A stretch of DNA of 52,988 nt from Thermoanaerobaculia bacterium. GTDB lineage: Bacteria > Acidobacteriota > Thermoanaerobaculia > Gp7-AA8. Every line of letters starts with the position of its first letter. Within the stretch, counting starts at the first letter, position 1. Shown in pieces: positions 28,922-37,636 of this stretch. The stretch covers positions 1-52,988 of the forward strand of contig DASYUK010000484.1 of the NCBI GenBank assembly GCA_036001325.1, read 5' to 3'. A program made the translations under genes and the position numbers. The notes under the pieces are model-generated. The model searched no databases, was not told the origin of the DNA, and worked only from the letters and a program-made list of their open reading frames with translations.

Positions 28922-30004
28922 ATGGTCCTCTTCAACTACGCGACCAAAGAGATCACTGCAAAGATCGTCTATTACGGACCCGGCTTGTGCGGGAAGACGA
29001 CGAATCTGCAGTTCATCTACGAGTCGTTGCCATCGACCAGCAAGAGCAAGATGCTGTCGCTGGCCACGAAGACCGACCGCACGCTCTTCTTCGACTTCCT
29101 CCCTCTCGACCTGGGCAAGATCCGCGGGATGCGCACGAAGCTGCAGCTCTACACGGTGCCCGGACAGGTCTACTACAACTCGACGCGCCAGCTCGTGCTC
29201 AAAGGTGCCGACGGCATCGTATTCGTCGCTGACAGCCAGGAGGGCGCGCTGGAGGCGAATCGTGAGAGCCTGCAGAACCTCGAGGACAACCTGAAGCGGC
29301 AGGGCATCCGCATCCGCGAAATTCCAGTCGTCATTCAATACAACAAGCGCGATCTGCCGGGCGCGCTGCCGGTCGCCGTTCTGGAGCGCGACCTGAACAG
29401 GCTCAGCGCGCCGCATTTTGAATCCGTCGCTACGACCGGCATCGGCGTCGAGGAAACGCTGAAAGGGATCACGCATCTCGTCATCGCCCACCTCGTGAAG
29501 AAGTACGGGCTGGAAGGATCGGAGCCGCTCGCCGGCGAGATCCAGATCCTCAACGCGACCGTCGGACAGGCAACGCCGGAGGAGTCTTTGTGGGAAGTCA
29601 GCGGCAACGAGACACTGCCGCTTTCCGCGCAGCGGCCATCGTCGCCTGAAGGTGAACAGGAGTTCGATTTCGACGACACCGGCGGCGCCGAGAACATCCC
29701 GTTGATCCCGACGGAGCTCGTCGGCGCGGACCAGACCGATCAGCAGCGCGGACCGTTCGACGACGTGATGGAAGTGCCAAGCGTATCCATCGAGATTCCG
29801 ATTCCGCAGAGCATCGCGGAGTCACTTCCGGAGCTCGATGCGCGCCGCACGGTTTCGACGGTCGCGACACCGCCGCCGGAGCGTCGCGTGTCGGACGGCC
29901 TTGTTAAAGAGGTCAGCATCCCGCTGAATCTCTCCATGAGCGAGCTGCGCGAACATCGACGGCTGCGGCTGAAGATCACGCTCGATATCAACGTGCTTCC
30001 GTAG
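28922..30004 (+). CDS. MglA-like small GTPase with long C-terminal extension
   Basis: KIVYYGPGLCGKTTNL, RTLFFDFLPL, LYTVPGQVYY and QYNKRDLP motifs, followed by a ~165 aa acidic/Pro-rich tail. Confidence 0.9.
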   Translation: MVLFNYATKEITAKIVYYGPGLCGKTTNLQFIYESLPSTSKSKMLSLATKTDRTLFFDFLPLDLGKIRGMRTKLQLYTVPGQVYYNSTRQLVLKGADGIVFVADSQEGALEANRESLQNLEDNLKRQGIRIREIPVVIQYNKRDLPGALPVAVLERDLNRLSAPHFESVATTGIGVEETLKGITHLVIAHLVKKYGLEGSEPLAGEIQILNATVGQATPEESLWEVSGNETLPLSAQRPSSPEGEQEFDFDDTGGAENIPLIPTELVGADQTDQQRGPFDDVMEVPSVSIEIPIPQSIAESLPELDARRTVSTVATPPPERRVSDGLVKEVSIPLNLSMSELREHRRLRLKITLDINVLP

Positions 30005-30041
30005 AAATTCACATCCGCGCTCACCTGTTGGAAATCGCTCC

Positions 30042-30131
30042 GGAGGAGTGGCCGAGTGGTTGAAGGCAGCGGTCTTGAAAACCGCCGTACGGGAAACCGT
30101 ACCGTGGGTTCGAATCCCACCTCCTCCGCCA
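30042..30131 (+). tRNA. tRNA-Ser (TGA)
   Basis: GGAGGAG/CTCCTCC acceptor stem, anticodon loop CTTGAAA, long variable arm, GGTTCGAATCC, encoded CCA. Confidence 0.96.
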
Positions 30132-30189
30132 CCGGCCGCGTGAAATACAATTCGCGCGCAGTACCTTTTGGCAGTTCCGCAGAGGCCAC

Positions 30190-30283
30190 GGAGAGATGGG
30201 TGAGTGGCTGAAACCAGCGGTTTGCTAAACCGCCGTACGGGCTCAAACCTGTACCGAGGGTTCGAATCCCTCTCTCTCCGCCA
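30190..30283 (+). tRNA. tRNA-Ser (GCT)
   Basis: GGAGAGA/TCTCTCC acceptor stem, anticodon loop TTGCTAA, long variable arm, GGTTCGAATCC, encoded CCA. Confidence 0.96.
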
Positions 30284-30432
30284 GATTCTCGCGCTAATCC
30301 CTCAAATCACGATCGAATCGCCCACCGAAAAGTGCTTGATGCGAATGGCACATTTCATGAAGCGGTTTTCTTGGCTCACACAGGTGCACAGCAGTTCGCG
30401 CAGTACCCAATTTGAACTCCTAAGGAGACAAC

Positions 30433-30861
30433 ATGGCCAATACCAGCAAGCGCGGTTTTGCGTCGATGGATCCGTCGAAACAGCGTGAGATCGCAAGCAA
30501 GGGCGGGAAGGCGGCGCACGCCAAAGGTACCGCTCACGAATTCACATCGGACGAGGCTCGGGTCGCCGGCCGGAAGGGCGGCGAGGCGGTCAGTCGGGAC
30601 AGAGCGCACATGTCGGCCATCGGTCGGGAGGGTGGTCACAGCCGCGGCGCGCGCGCCCGCGCATCGCAATCACCGGGCAGCAGCAATACCACCAGCGACT
30701 TTGTTCGCTCTTCGGGAAGCCAGTCGTTCGAGCGACAGGTGAATGCGGAACGGAGCGGGTTTGAAGGCGGCAACCGTCCCGGCAATCAACAGCGCAGTGG
30801 CGAGCGCGATCGCGGCCTGAACGCGTCCGAACGGCCGTTCGCCCGCCGCGAAGAGATTTAA
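30433..30861 (+). CDS. KGG-repeat stress-induced protein (GsiB/YciG-like)
   Basis: RGFASMDPSKQREIASKGG, AHEFTSDEARVAGRKGG and HMSAIGREGG repeats; RBS AAGGAG. Confidence 0.9.
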   Translation: MANTSKRGFASMDPSKQREIASKGGKAAHAKGTAHEFTSDEARVAGRKGGEAVSRDRAHMSAIGREGGHSRGARARASQSPGSSNTTSDFVRSSGSQSFERQVNAERSGFEGGNRPGNQQRSGERDRGLNASERPFARREEI

Positions 30862-33821
30862 TGCAGCGTCCTCTCCCCGCGCAGCGGGGAGAGGCCGAGC
30901 TTCAGCACCTCCGCGAGATGCAATGGTTGTCGTCCAGTCGCCTGAGCGATCTGCTCGCGGCAACTGAATCCATCGGCGATGATCAGCGTGTCCTCGCTCG
31001 CTTCACGAACCGCAGGCAGAATCACCCGCTCACCCACCCGCATCGCCACGTCGTAATGCTCGCGCTGAAATCCGAAGGCGCCCGCCATCCCGCAGCATCC
31101 GGAATCGGGATGCTCCAGATCGAGCCCGATCTTCCTCAGCACCGCTTCCTCGGCATCGAAGCGCATGATCGACTTGTGATGGCAGTGCGCCTGAACGAGA
31201 GCCTTGCGCCGGAGCTGCGGTAATGGAAAGCGATCGCCTTCGCGCTGAATGAATTCGGACAAGGTCATCGCCGAGCGGGCCAGCTTCGCCGCGTACTCGT
31301 CACGCGGAAAAAGATTCAGCAGCTCGTCGCGAAAGACCGAGACGCAGCTCGGCTCGAGACCGACGATCGACAATCCCTCATCGAGCACCGGCCGCAGCGC
31401 GTCGAGCGTCTCGCGCAACAGGCGCTTGGCCATTCCGAGAAATCCCCAGTCGTAAAGCGGGCGTCCGCAGCAGAGGCTCTCCTTCGGCAGGACCACTTCG
31501 TAGCCTGCGCTTTCGAGAATTTCGGTCGCAGCGCGCGCGGTCTCCGGCGTGAAGTAGTTGTTGAACGTGTCGGGCCACAGGAAGACGCGTTTGCGCGCGA
31601 GATCCGAAGTTTGAGGTTCGAACTTCGAAGTGAACGTTTCGCGTGCAAATTGCGGCATGCGACGCTGCGGTGCGATCCCGGCGAGATGTTTGAGCAGCGG
31701 TAAGCGCATCAGCGCGTTAGCGATGTCAGGCGCCGCTCGCGACGCACGCGCCCACCAATAGATCCAACCCATCGCATAAGCGGCCGGCGGCCGGATTCGA
31801 CCTTTGTAGTAGTGCGACAGGAACTCCGCCTTGTAGGTCGCGACGTCGACACCGGTCGGGCACTCGCCCTTGCAACCTTTGCACGCCAGGCAGAGGTCGA
31901 GTGCATCTTTTACCGCCTCGTTGCGCCACGTGCTGGGGACGGCCTGGCCGTTGAACATCTCGAAGAGAAGACGTGCGCGACCCCGCGTGGAATGCTCTTC
32001 CTCGCGTGTGACCTGGTAGCTCGGACACATCGTTCCGCCGTCGAGACGCCGGCAGCGCCCGACGCCGACGCAGCGCAATACCGCGCGACTGATCCGCCCT
32101 TCATCTTCGGCGAACGCGAAATGCGTCTCCGGGCTCCACGGATCGAAGTTCGCGCCGAGTCGAAGATTCTCATCGGGTTCATAGGGGGTGATCAGTTTGC
32201 CGGGATTCATCTTCCAGTCGGGATCCCACGCCGACTTGAATTCACGGAACGCGGCGATCAGCTCCGGGCCGAACATCTTCTCGAGCAGCGCACCGCGCGC
32301 CTGACCGTCGCCATGCTCGCCGGAGAATGAGCCGCCGTAGGAAGCGACAAGATCGGCCGCGGCGTCGAGAAATGCGCGGAACTTCGCGATCCCCTCTTTC
32401 GACATCAGATCGAAGTTCGTGCGCGTGTGGACGCAGCCCTGACCGAAGTGACCGTATAGGTCGCCGAAATAGCCGTAGCTCTCCAGCAGCTTACGAAGGT
32501 CGCGCAGATATCTGCCGAGCTTCTCCGGAGCGACGGCGGCATCCTCCCACCCTTCCCACATGAGCGGCCTGCCGGGAACGTGCGCGGTCGCGCCGAGACC
32601 TGATTCGCGCACAGCCCAGATCATCTGCTCCTGACGCTTGTCCGCGGCGAGGAACATCGACGGCGCGGCAGCCGCGCCAGAAAGCGCAACCATCAACCGT
32701 CGTGCGTTCGCGTCAGCTTCGCTCTGCGTTTGGCCACCGAACTCGAGGAGGAGCCATCCACCGCCCGGCGGCAGCAGCGCGATGCCTCCCGGATTCAATC
32801 CCTTCGACTTCATGTCGCGCACGAGGAGGTCATCGAATCCTTCCAGGCCGATCGGGCCGAACTCGAGGAGTCGCGGCACGTCGTCCGCGGCGTCGTACAC
32901 GGACGGATATCCGAGGACGAGAAGGGAGCGGGCGGGAGGGGAGTCGACGAGGCGACATTTCGCCTCGAGCACGATCGCGCATGTGCATTCGCTGCCGACG
33001 AGAGATCGCGCAACGTGAAAACCGTTCTCGGGAAGCAGCTCGTCGAGGTTGTAGCCCGAGACGCGCCGCGGGATCTTTGGATAGCGCGCGCGAACGAGAT
33101 CGCCGTACGTGTCGCGAATCTTCTTTAGTCGCGAATAGATGTCTGCGACTCTTCCGCTTGCGCGCTGAATCTGATCGTCGCTCGTTGCGCCGACGCGCAT
33201 TCGGGTGCCGTCGTAGAGAAGCACATCGAGCTCCTCGATGTTATCGACGGTCTTCCCCGCCATCAGCGCGTGGACGCCGCACGAGTTGTTGCCGATCATT
33301 CCCCCGATCGTGCAGTGCGAATGCGTGGCGGGATCGGGACCGAACGTGAGCTTGTGCTGTTCGGCGCGCACGCGCAGATCGTCGAGGACGATGCCGGGCT
33401 CGACGCGCGCGAACTTCCGGCCGGCATCGAGCTCGATGACCCGATTCATGTACTTCGAGAAATCGAGGACGACCGCGACGTTGCAGCATTGCCCGGCCAG
33501 ACTCGTCCCCGCTCCACGCGCGAGGATCGGCGCGCCGAATTTGCGCGCCAGCTCGATCGTGGCGATCACATCGTCAGCTCGTTTCGGCACGACGACACCG
33601 ATCGGCACCTGTCGATAGTTCGACGCGTCCGTCGAGTAGAGCGCGCGCGCGCCATCATCGAAGCGCACCTCTCCTTCGATCGTGCGCGTGAGCGCAGCAG
33701 CGAGCGCTGCGGCATCGACATTCAGATTCTGCAGCCGGTCGCGATGCTCGACGCGGTTGCGCACCGGCCGCTCAGGATGAGGGAACGCCAACGGATCGTA
33801 GCGGTTGATCTCCCGACTCAT
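30858..33821 (-). CDS. FAD-binding and 4Fe-4S-binding oxidoreductase (GlcD/YdiJ-like)
   Basis: YSTDASNY, RGAGTSLAGQ, FGPDPAT, GGMIGNNSCG, SGEHGDG, CVGVGRC, CLACKGCKGECP and CCG motifs. Confidence 0.93.
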   Translation of the reverse strand: MSREINRYDPLAFPHPERPVRNRVEHRDRLQNLNVDAAALAAALTRTIEGEVRFDDGARALYSTDASNYRQVPIGVVVPKRADDVIATIELARKFGAPILARGAGTSLAGQCCNVAVVLDFSKYMNRVIELDAGRKFARVEPGIVLDDLRVRAEQHKLTFGPDPATHSHCTIGGMIGNNSCGVHALMAGKTVDNIEELDVLLYDGTRMRVGATSDDQIQRASGRVADIYSRLKKIRDTYGDLVRARYPKIPRRVSGYNLDELLPENGFHVARSLVGSECTCAIVLEAKCRLVDSPPARSLLVLGYPSVYDAADDVPRLLEFGPIGLEGFDDLLVRDMKSKGLNPGGIALLPPGGGWLLLEFGGQTQSEADANARRLMVALSGAAAAPSMFLAADKRQEQMIWAVRESGLGATAHVPGRPLMWEGWEDAAVAPEKLGRYLRDLRKLLESYGYFGDLYGHFGQGCVHTRTNFDLMSKEGIAKFRAFLDAAADLVASYGGSFSGEHGDGQARGALLEKMFGPELIAAFREFKSAWDPDWKMNPGKLITPYEPDENLRLGANFDPWSPETHFAFAEDEGRISRAVLRCVGVGRCRRLDGGTMCPSYQVTREEEHSTRGRARLLFEMFNGQAVPSTWRNEAVKDALDLCLACKGCKGECPTGVDVATYKAEFLSHYYKGRIRPPAAYAMGWIYWWARASRAAPDIANALMRLPLLKHLAGIAPQRRMPQFARETFTSKFEPQTSDLARKRVFLWPDTFNNYFTPETARAATEILESAGYEVVLPKESLCCGRPLYDWGFLGMAKRLLRETLDALRPVLDEGLSIVGLEPSCVSVFRDELLNLFPRDEYAAKLARSAMTLSEFIQREGDRFPLPQLRRKALVQAHCHHKSIMRFDAEEAVLRKIGLDLEHPDSGCCGMAGAFGFQREHYDVAMRVGERVILPAVREASEDTLIIADGFSCREQIAQATGRQPLHLAEVLKLGLSPLRGERTLH
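30870..30894. repeat. Family-B-like hairpin inside the 3' end of the oxidoreductase CDS
   Basis: CCTCTCCCCGC-GCA-GCGGGGAGAGG perfect hairpin; encodes part of LSPLRGER on the minus strand. Confidence 0.55.
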
Positions 33822-33855
33822 CGCTCGTCATCCTAGCTTGATAGCATCGCTCGCT

Positions 33856-34785
33856 GTGAATCGTCTTCTCGCCCTGATCGTGCGCTTCGGCACTCCTCTG
33901 GTGTGGCTCAACGTGTTCGTCGAGCAGATCGGCGTTCCGATTCCCGCGGTGCCCACTCTCGTCATCGCCGGAGCGTTGTCGCGCGATGGCAAGTTGTCGT
34001 CGACACTCATTCTCACGGGCTCAGTCATCGCTTCGGTCGCCGCCGACTGGATCTGGTTCCTTCTCGGCCGCCGTCTGGGCTATCGCGTTCTGCGAACTCT
34101 CTGCCGCATCTCTCTCTCGCCCGACTCGTGCGTTCGCGACACCGAGGCTCGATTCGAGCGCTGGGGAATGCCGTCGCTGCTGTTCGCGAAATTCGTACCG
34201 GGATTCGCGACGATCGCCCCACCGCTCGCCGGGGCGACGAATCATTCCACGATCGAGTTCCTGATTTACGACGCCGCGGGAGCATTTCTGTGGGCCGGTG
34301 CCGCCGTCGCCGCCGGCCACATTTTTCACGGCGCGGTCGAACGCGTCCTGCGCGCGCTGGAGAACCTCGGCGCGTGGGCCGTGCTCTTCGTCGTCTGTGT
34401 GCTCGCGATCGTCATCGTGGTCAAGTGGTGGCAGCGCCGTCAATTCATGCTGCGCATGCGCCTGGCCCGCGTCACGCCGCAAGAGGTCATGCAGATGCTC
34501 GAGAACAGTCAGCCACCGGTGATCATCGACGCGCGCTCGGCAACAGCGCGCAAACGCGACCCGCGCCGGATCGCGCGCGCCGTGGTGATTCCTGTCGACT
34601 CGATGACCGAAAATCTCGCGGACATCGCGCGCGATCGCGAGATCGTCGTCTATTGCACGTGACCGAACGAAGCGTCAGCGGCCCGTGTGGCCGCACGACT
34701 CATCGAACAGGGCTTTGAAATCGTGCGGCCCCTCGCCGGAGGGCTCGACGCCTGGGCGGATGCGGGCTACCCGCTGGAAAGTTAG
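33856..34785 (+). CDS. DedA(VTT)-rhodanese fusion, probable selenoprotein (in-frame TGA at 34660-34662)
   Basis: DedA motifs (EQIGVPIPA, FAKFVPG) and a rhodanese domain (IIDARS...IVVYCT-TGA-PNEASAARVA...VRPLAGGLDAW). The frame stays open to TAG at 34783-34785. Start GTG 33856. Confidence 0.85.
34678..34694 (+). promoter_or_regulatory. Candidate bacterial SECIS hairpin
   Basis: GCGGCC-CGTGT-GGCCGC stem-loop starting 15 nt after the TGA, with GT in the apical loop; extendable by CGT/ACG pairs across a CA bulge. Confidence 0.6.
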
Positions 34786-36020
34786 TCCTTCAGCACTTCC
34801 ATGAGGTAGTTGGAGACCTCATCCGATCGAATCAACGCCAGCTTCGAGATGATGTCGCGCTTGAGCTCCGGATTCTTTTCCTTGCGCGCGAGACCGATGA
34901 GGGCCTTCGCGTTCTGCTGCAGGAACAGACCCTGGATCACGGAGTGACGCACTTCGAGACTCGAGTCACTCTCGTACAGCGAGACGAGAAGGTCGCCCGT
35001 ACGAGCATTGCCCATCAGGCCGAGGTTGCGGATCGCCGTTGCGCGCAGCTCAGGCACTTTCTCGTTGCGGGCGATATCGGCGAGCTTGTCGGCGCTGCCG
35101 CCGATGAACATCGCCTGGATGATGCGTTTGCGGATCTCCACCGACGTTTCCGTGTTGTAGAGATCGGCCAGCTCATTGCGCGCGCCGATGATTCCGAGCT
35201 GGCGCACGGCATCGCCGCGCAGCTCGACGATCGGCTCCCCTTTTGCCAGCGCGAGCAGACGGGAGCGGTCGCCGGCGATCATGTACGACTTCAAAATGCT
35301 CCTTTTGATCTTTATATCGTTCGTTGAAGCGTAGACATCGGCGAGGACCTTGCGCGATTCTTCCCCACCCATGATGCCGAGATAGCGAACCGCTTTCTGC
35401 TGCAGGTCGGGACGCGCGCTGTCGCGAGCGACGCGACCGAGGACCTCTATCGCACGCGGGGAGTGCGACTGACTGAGGACGAAGATGGCGCGCTCCTTCA
35501 CGCGCGGCGAGCCGTTGCCGGAGATGATCTTCTCCAGGATCGGCAGCGCCTTCTCGGGATCGGATCCCATCAGTCCGTTGAGCGCCATCAGCTTCACGTC
35601 TTCGTCGGTGAATTGCTCCGGCTCGACATGCTGACCCGATGACTGGCGGATCTCCACTTCCAGCGCCTTGCCGTCCTCGGCCCAGTGACTCTTGGGAAAT
35701 GCCTTCTCGAGCTCGAGCAGTGTGGCCAGCGCTTCGGCGCGCTGCCCCAACTCGTTCTGCGCGCGACTGAGCCAGTACAGCGACGCATCAGCGTGCTCTC
35801 CCTGGAGACGTGCAACCTGCCGGAAAAGCCGCGCCGCCCGCGTCCAGTCCTTTTCGTCGAGAGCGTCGGTCCCCTCGTCATAGAGATCGGCTTCGCGCTC
35901 CATCGACTTCGCTTTGCGCTCTTTCTCTTTATGCTTCTCCGGCGCGCCGGCGACGGCAAATGCTGGTGATGTCACCAGCATCAGGACCAGCACACTAGAT
36001 GCGATTCGATTCACGATCAT
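34782..36020 (-). CDS. Exported TPR/HEAT-repeat protein
   Basis: Signal peptide (MIVNRIASSVLVLMLVTSPAFA), TPR-like ASLYWLSRAQNELG, and repeated HEAT-like helices (ALPILEKII, KERAIFVLSQ, AIRNLGLMG). Start ATG 36020; the longer ORF-track call overlaps the anti-sigma gene. Confidence 0.85.
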   Translation of the reverse strand: MIVNRIASSVLVLMLVTSPAFAVAGAPEKHKEKERKAKSMEREADLYDEGTDALDEKDWTRAARLFRQVARLQGEHADASLYWLSRAQNELGQRAEALATLLELEKAFPKSHWAEDGKALEVEIRQSSGQHVEPEQFTDEDVKLMALNGLMGSDPEKALPILEKIISGNGSPRVKERAIFVLSQSHSPRAIEVLGRVARDSARPDLQQKAVRYLGIMGGEESRKVLADVYASTNDIKIKRSILKSYMIAGDRSRLLALAKGEPIVELRGDAVRQLGIIGARNELADLYNTETSVEIRKRIIQAMFIGGSADKLADIARNEKVPELRATAIRNLGLMGNARTGDLLVSLYESDSSLEVRHSVIQGLFLQQNAKALIGLARKEKNPELKRDIISKLALIRSDEVSNYLMEVLKD

Positions 36021-36750
36021 TGTCTTTCCTCGGTGTTGGATTCGATGTTTCGGCGCTGATGACGCGCACTTTGAACAGGAGCCCTTTCGCTTCGATCCGT
36101 TTCTGAAGCTCGGCGAGCTCATTGCTGCTGAGTGTTGTCCCCGCATGCGAGATCTCGATGAGCACCGGCTCGAGATCGGCGAGCACGCTGGCGATGCGCT
36201 CGTTGCCATTCTGCGTTGCGGTCTGACGATAGATTCGATTGGTGGCGACAAGCTCTCCGGCGCGCCGGCGCTCGTTCTCGATGTCGAGGTTCTTCTGCGG
36301 ATCAGCGTTCGCGACTTCGAGTAGCACGCTCTCCGTGCTGTCGAGATGATCGCCGACGACGAGAAGGAGAATGCGATCACTGTGGTCACGCGGTAGGGCA
36401 GTTACGGAGGGTGGCGTGGTCGCGATCGGCACGACCTCGTGTTTTGCGCGCCAGAAATGTCCGGCGAAGAATGCCACGGCCAGTGCGGCTGCAACGGCGA
36501 GACCGGAGATCCAACCGGCTTTGCGTCGTCGATCGCTCCCGAGTTTCCACCGAAGGCGATTCCAGATCTGCGTTCCGTAATCATCGCTGCGCTCCGGAAC
36601 AGGAGCTTCCGCGACGAGCATGAGCACGCGCCGGATCGTCTCGTACTGTGCGAAGCAGTCGGCGCATGCACCGAGATGTTCGGGAACACCCTTCGGCTCA
36701 TCGTCCTGGTAGTAGTGCGATACGAGTTGTTCTTCTGTCAGGTGCGGCAT
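35995..36750 (-). CDS. Zinc-finger (ZAS-type) transmembrane anti-sigma factor
   Basis: EHLGACADC (HxxxCxxC), one TM helix (GLAVAAALAVAFFAG), and position directly downstream of the ECF sigma. Confidence 0.85.
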   Translation of the reverse strand: MPHLTEEQLVSHYYQDDEPKGVPEHLGACADCFAQYETIRRVLMLVAEAPVPERSDDYGTQIWNRLRWKLGSDRRRKAGWISGLAVAAALAVAFFAGHFWRAKHEVVPIATTPPSVTALPRDHSDRILLLVVGDHLDSTESVLLEVANADPQKNLDIENERRRAGELVATNRIYRQTATQNGNERIASVLADLEPVLIEISHAGTTLSSNELAELQKRIEAKGLLFKVRVISAETSNPTPRKDNDRESNRI

Positions 36751-37319
36751 GGCGTCGACCTCACAAATGGTTCCAACGACTCGCGAAGCTTCCGCACCGC
36801 GCGGAAGATCGTATGCTTGGCGGCATTGACTTGAATGCCGAGCGTCCTGCCGATCTCTTCGACCGGCATTCCTTCGAAATGGCGGAGCATGAACGCTGTA
36901 CGCTCATTCCCGCTGAGGCGATCGAGCGCGGAGACGACGTGCTGCTGCAACTCCGCGCTCAAGAGCAGGCGATCGGGTTGCGGATCGGTGGACTCGAATT
37001 CGCGGATCATCTCGCCATCCTCACTGTCGTTGACGCGATGCTTTTCGTGACGTCCGCGGGAGCGGAGGAGATCGAGCGAGCAGTTGATCGCGATTCGGTG
37101 CACCCATGTGCCGAAGTTCGCGCGCTCCTCGAACCTGTCGATCTGTCGATACGCCCGAAGAAATGTCTCCTGCACCACATCGTCGGCATCGTGTTCGTTC
37201 CCGGTCATGCGATACGCCACTCGGAAGATGGCCCGACTGTGCCGCTCGACGAGAGTTCGGAAGGCATCCGCATCGCCGCCTCTGGCCCGGCTCACGGCCG
37301 CGAGATCGGTCAATTCCAT
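36738..37319 (-). CDS. ECF RNA polymerase sigma factor
   Basis: AFRTLVERH, DADDVVQETFLRAY, FGTWVHRIAINCSLD and region-4 ERTAFMLRHFEGMPVEEIG...IFRAVRKLR. Start ATG 37319. Confidence 0.93.
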   Translation of the reverse strand: MELTDLAAVSRARGGDADAFRTLVERHSRAIFRVAYRMTGNEHDADDVVQETFLRAYRQIDRFEERANFGTWVHRIAINCSLDLLRSRGRHEKHRVNDSEDGEMIREFESTDPQPDRLLLSAELQQHVVSALDRLSGNERTAFMLRHFEGMPVEEIGRTLGIQVNAAKHTIFRAVRKLRESLEPFVRSTPCRT

Positions 37320-37329
37320 CTCGGACAGG

Positions 37330-37357
37330 TTAGACTCGGAAACTCCTAAGCGGTTAG
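37330..37357 (-). promoter_or_regulatory. Candidate ECF-type autoregulatory promoter
   Basis: Minus strand reads CTAAC-N17-GTCTAA, ending 11 nt before the sigma ATG. Confidence 0.45.
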
Positions 37358-37359
37358 CC

Positions 37360-37569
37360 ATGCGTGATTTCGGCCGCATTCTCATCATCTGCGGGATCGT
37401 GTTCATCGTCCTCGGACTCGTCCTCACGGCGGCGCCGCGCCTCGGCATCGGACGCCTTCCCGGCGACTTCGTCTATCGCCGCGGCAGTTTCACGTTCTAC
37501 TTCCCGCTGATGACATCCGTTCTTCTCTCGCTTGCACTTACGCTGGTTCTCTGGCTTTTTCGCAGATAA
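37360..37569 (+). CDS. DUF2905 family small membrane protein
   Basis: GRILIICG...LGIGRLPGDF...FTFYFPLMTSVLLSL pattern. Confidence 0.85.
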   Translation: MRDFGRILIICGIVFIVLGLVLTAAPRLGIGRLPGDFVYRRGSFTFYFPLMTSVLLSLALTLVLWLFRR

Positions 37570-37582
37570 TCGTCACGCTTGC

Positions 37583-37608
37583 GAAACCTATCCTTCGCTG
37601 CTTCGTAA
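37583..37608 (+). promoter_or_regulatory. Candidate ECF-type promoter upstream of the DUF4097-like gene
   Basis: GAAAC-N16-CGTAA, matching the SigW-type TGAAAC-N16-CGTA spacing. Confidence 0.5.
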
Positions 37609-37636
37609 CGTCTTTATAGGCAGGCAACGGAGGTCG

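Noticed and set aside
30042-30283. tRNA genes (also 13216-13292) as integration sites of a genomic island
   Set aside because: No integrase, and I noticed no duplicated tRNA 3' end (att site) in the window; flanking genes look like ordinary chromosomal content.
30343-30360. Sigma-54 promoter upstream of the KGG stress gene (TGGCAC-N5-ATGA)
   Set aside because: The -24 box matches but the -12 element lacks the conserved GC (TTGC); too weak to call.
34660-34662. Calling the DedA-rhodanese gene a pseudogene or truncated CDS
   Set aside because: The downstream frame conserves the rest of the rhodanese fold and has a SECIS-like hairpin, so recoding is the better explanation (pending sel genes).
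36021-36389. N-terminal 123-aa extension of the HEAT-repeat ORF in the ORF track
   Set aside because: It overlaps the anti-sigma CDS in another frame; a clear signal peptide begins at ATG 36020.
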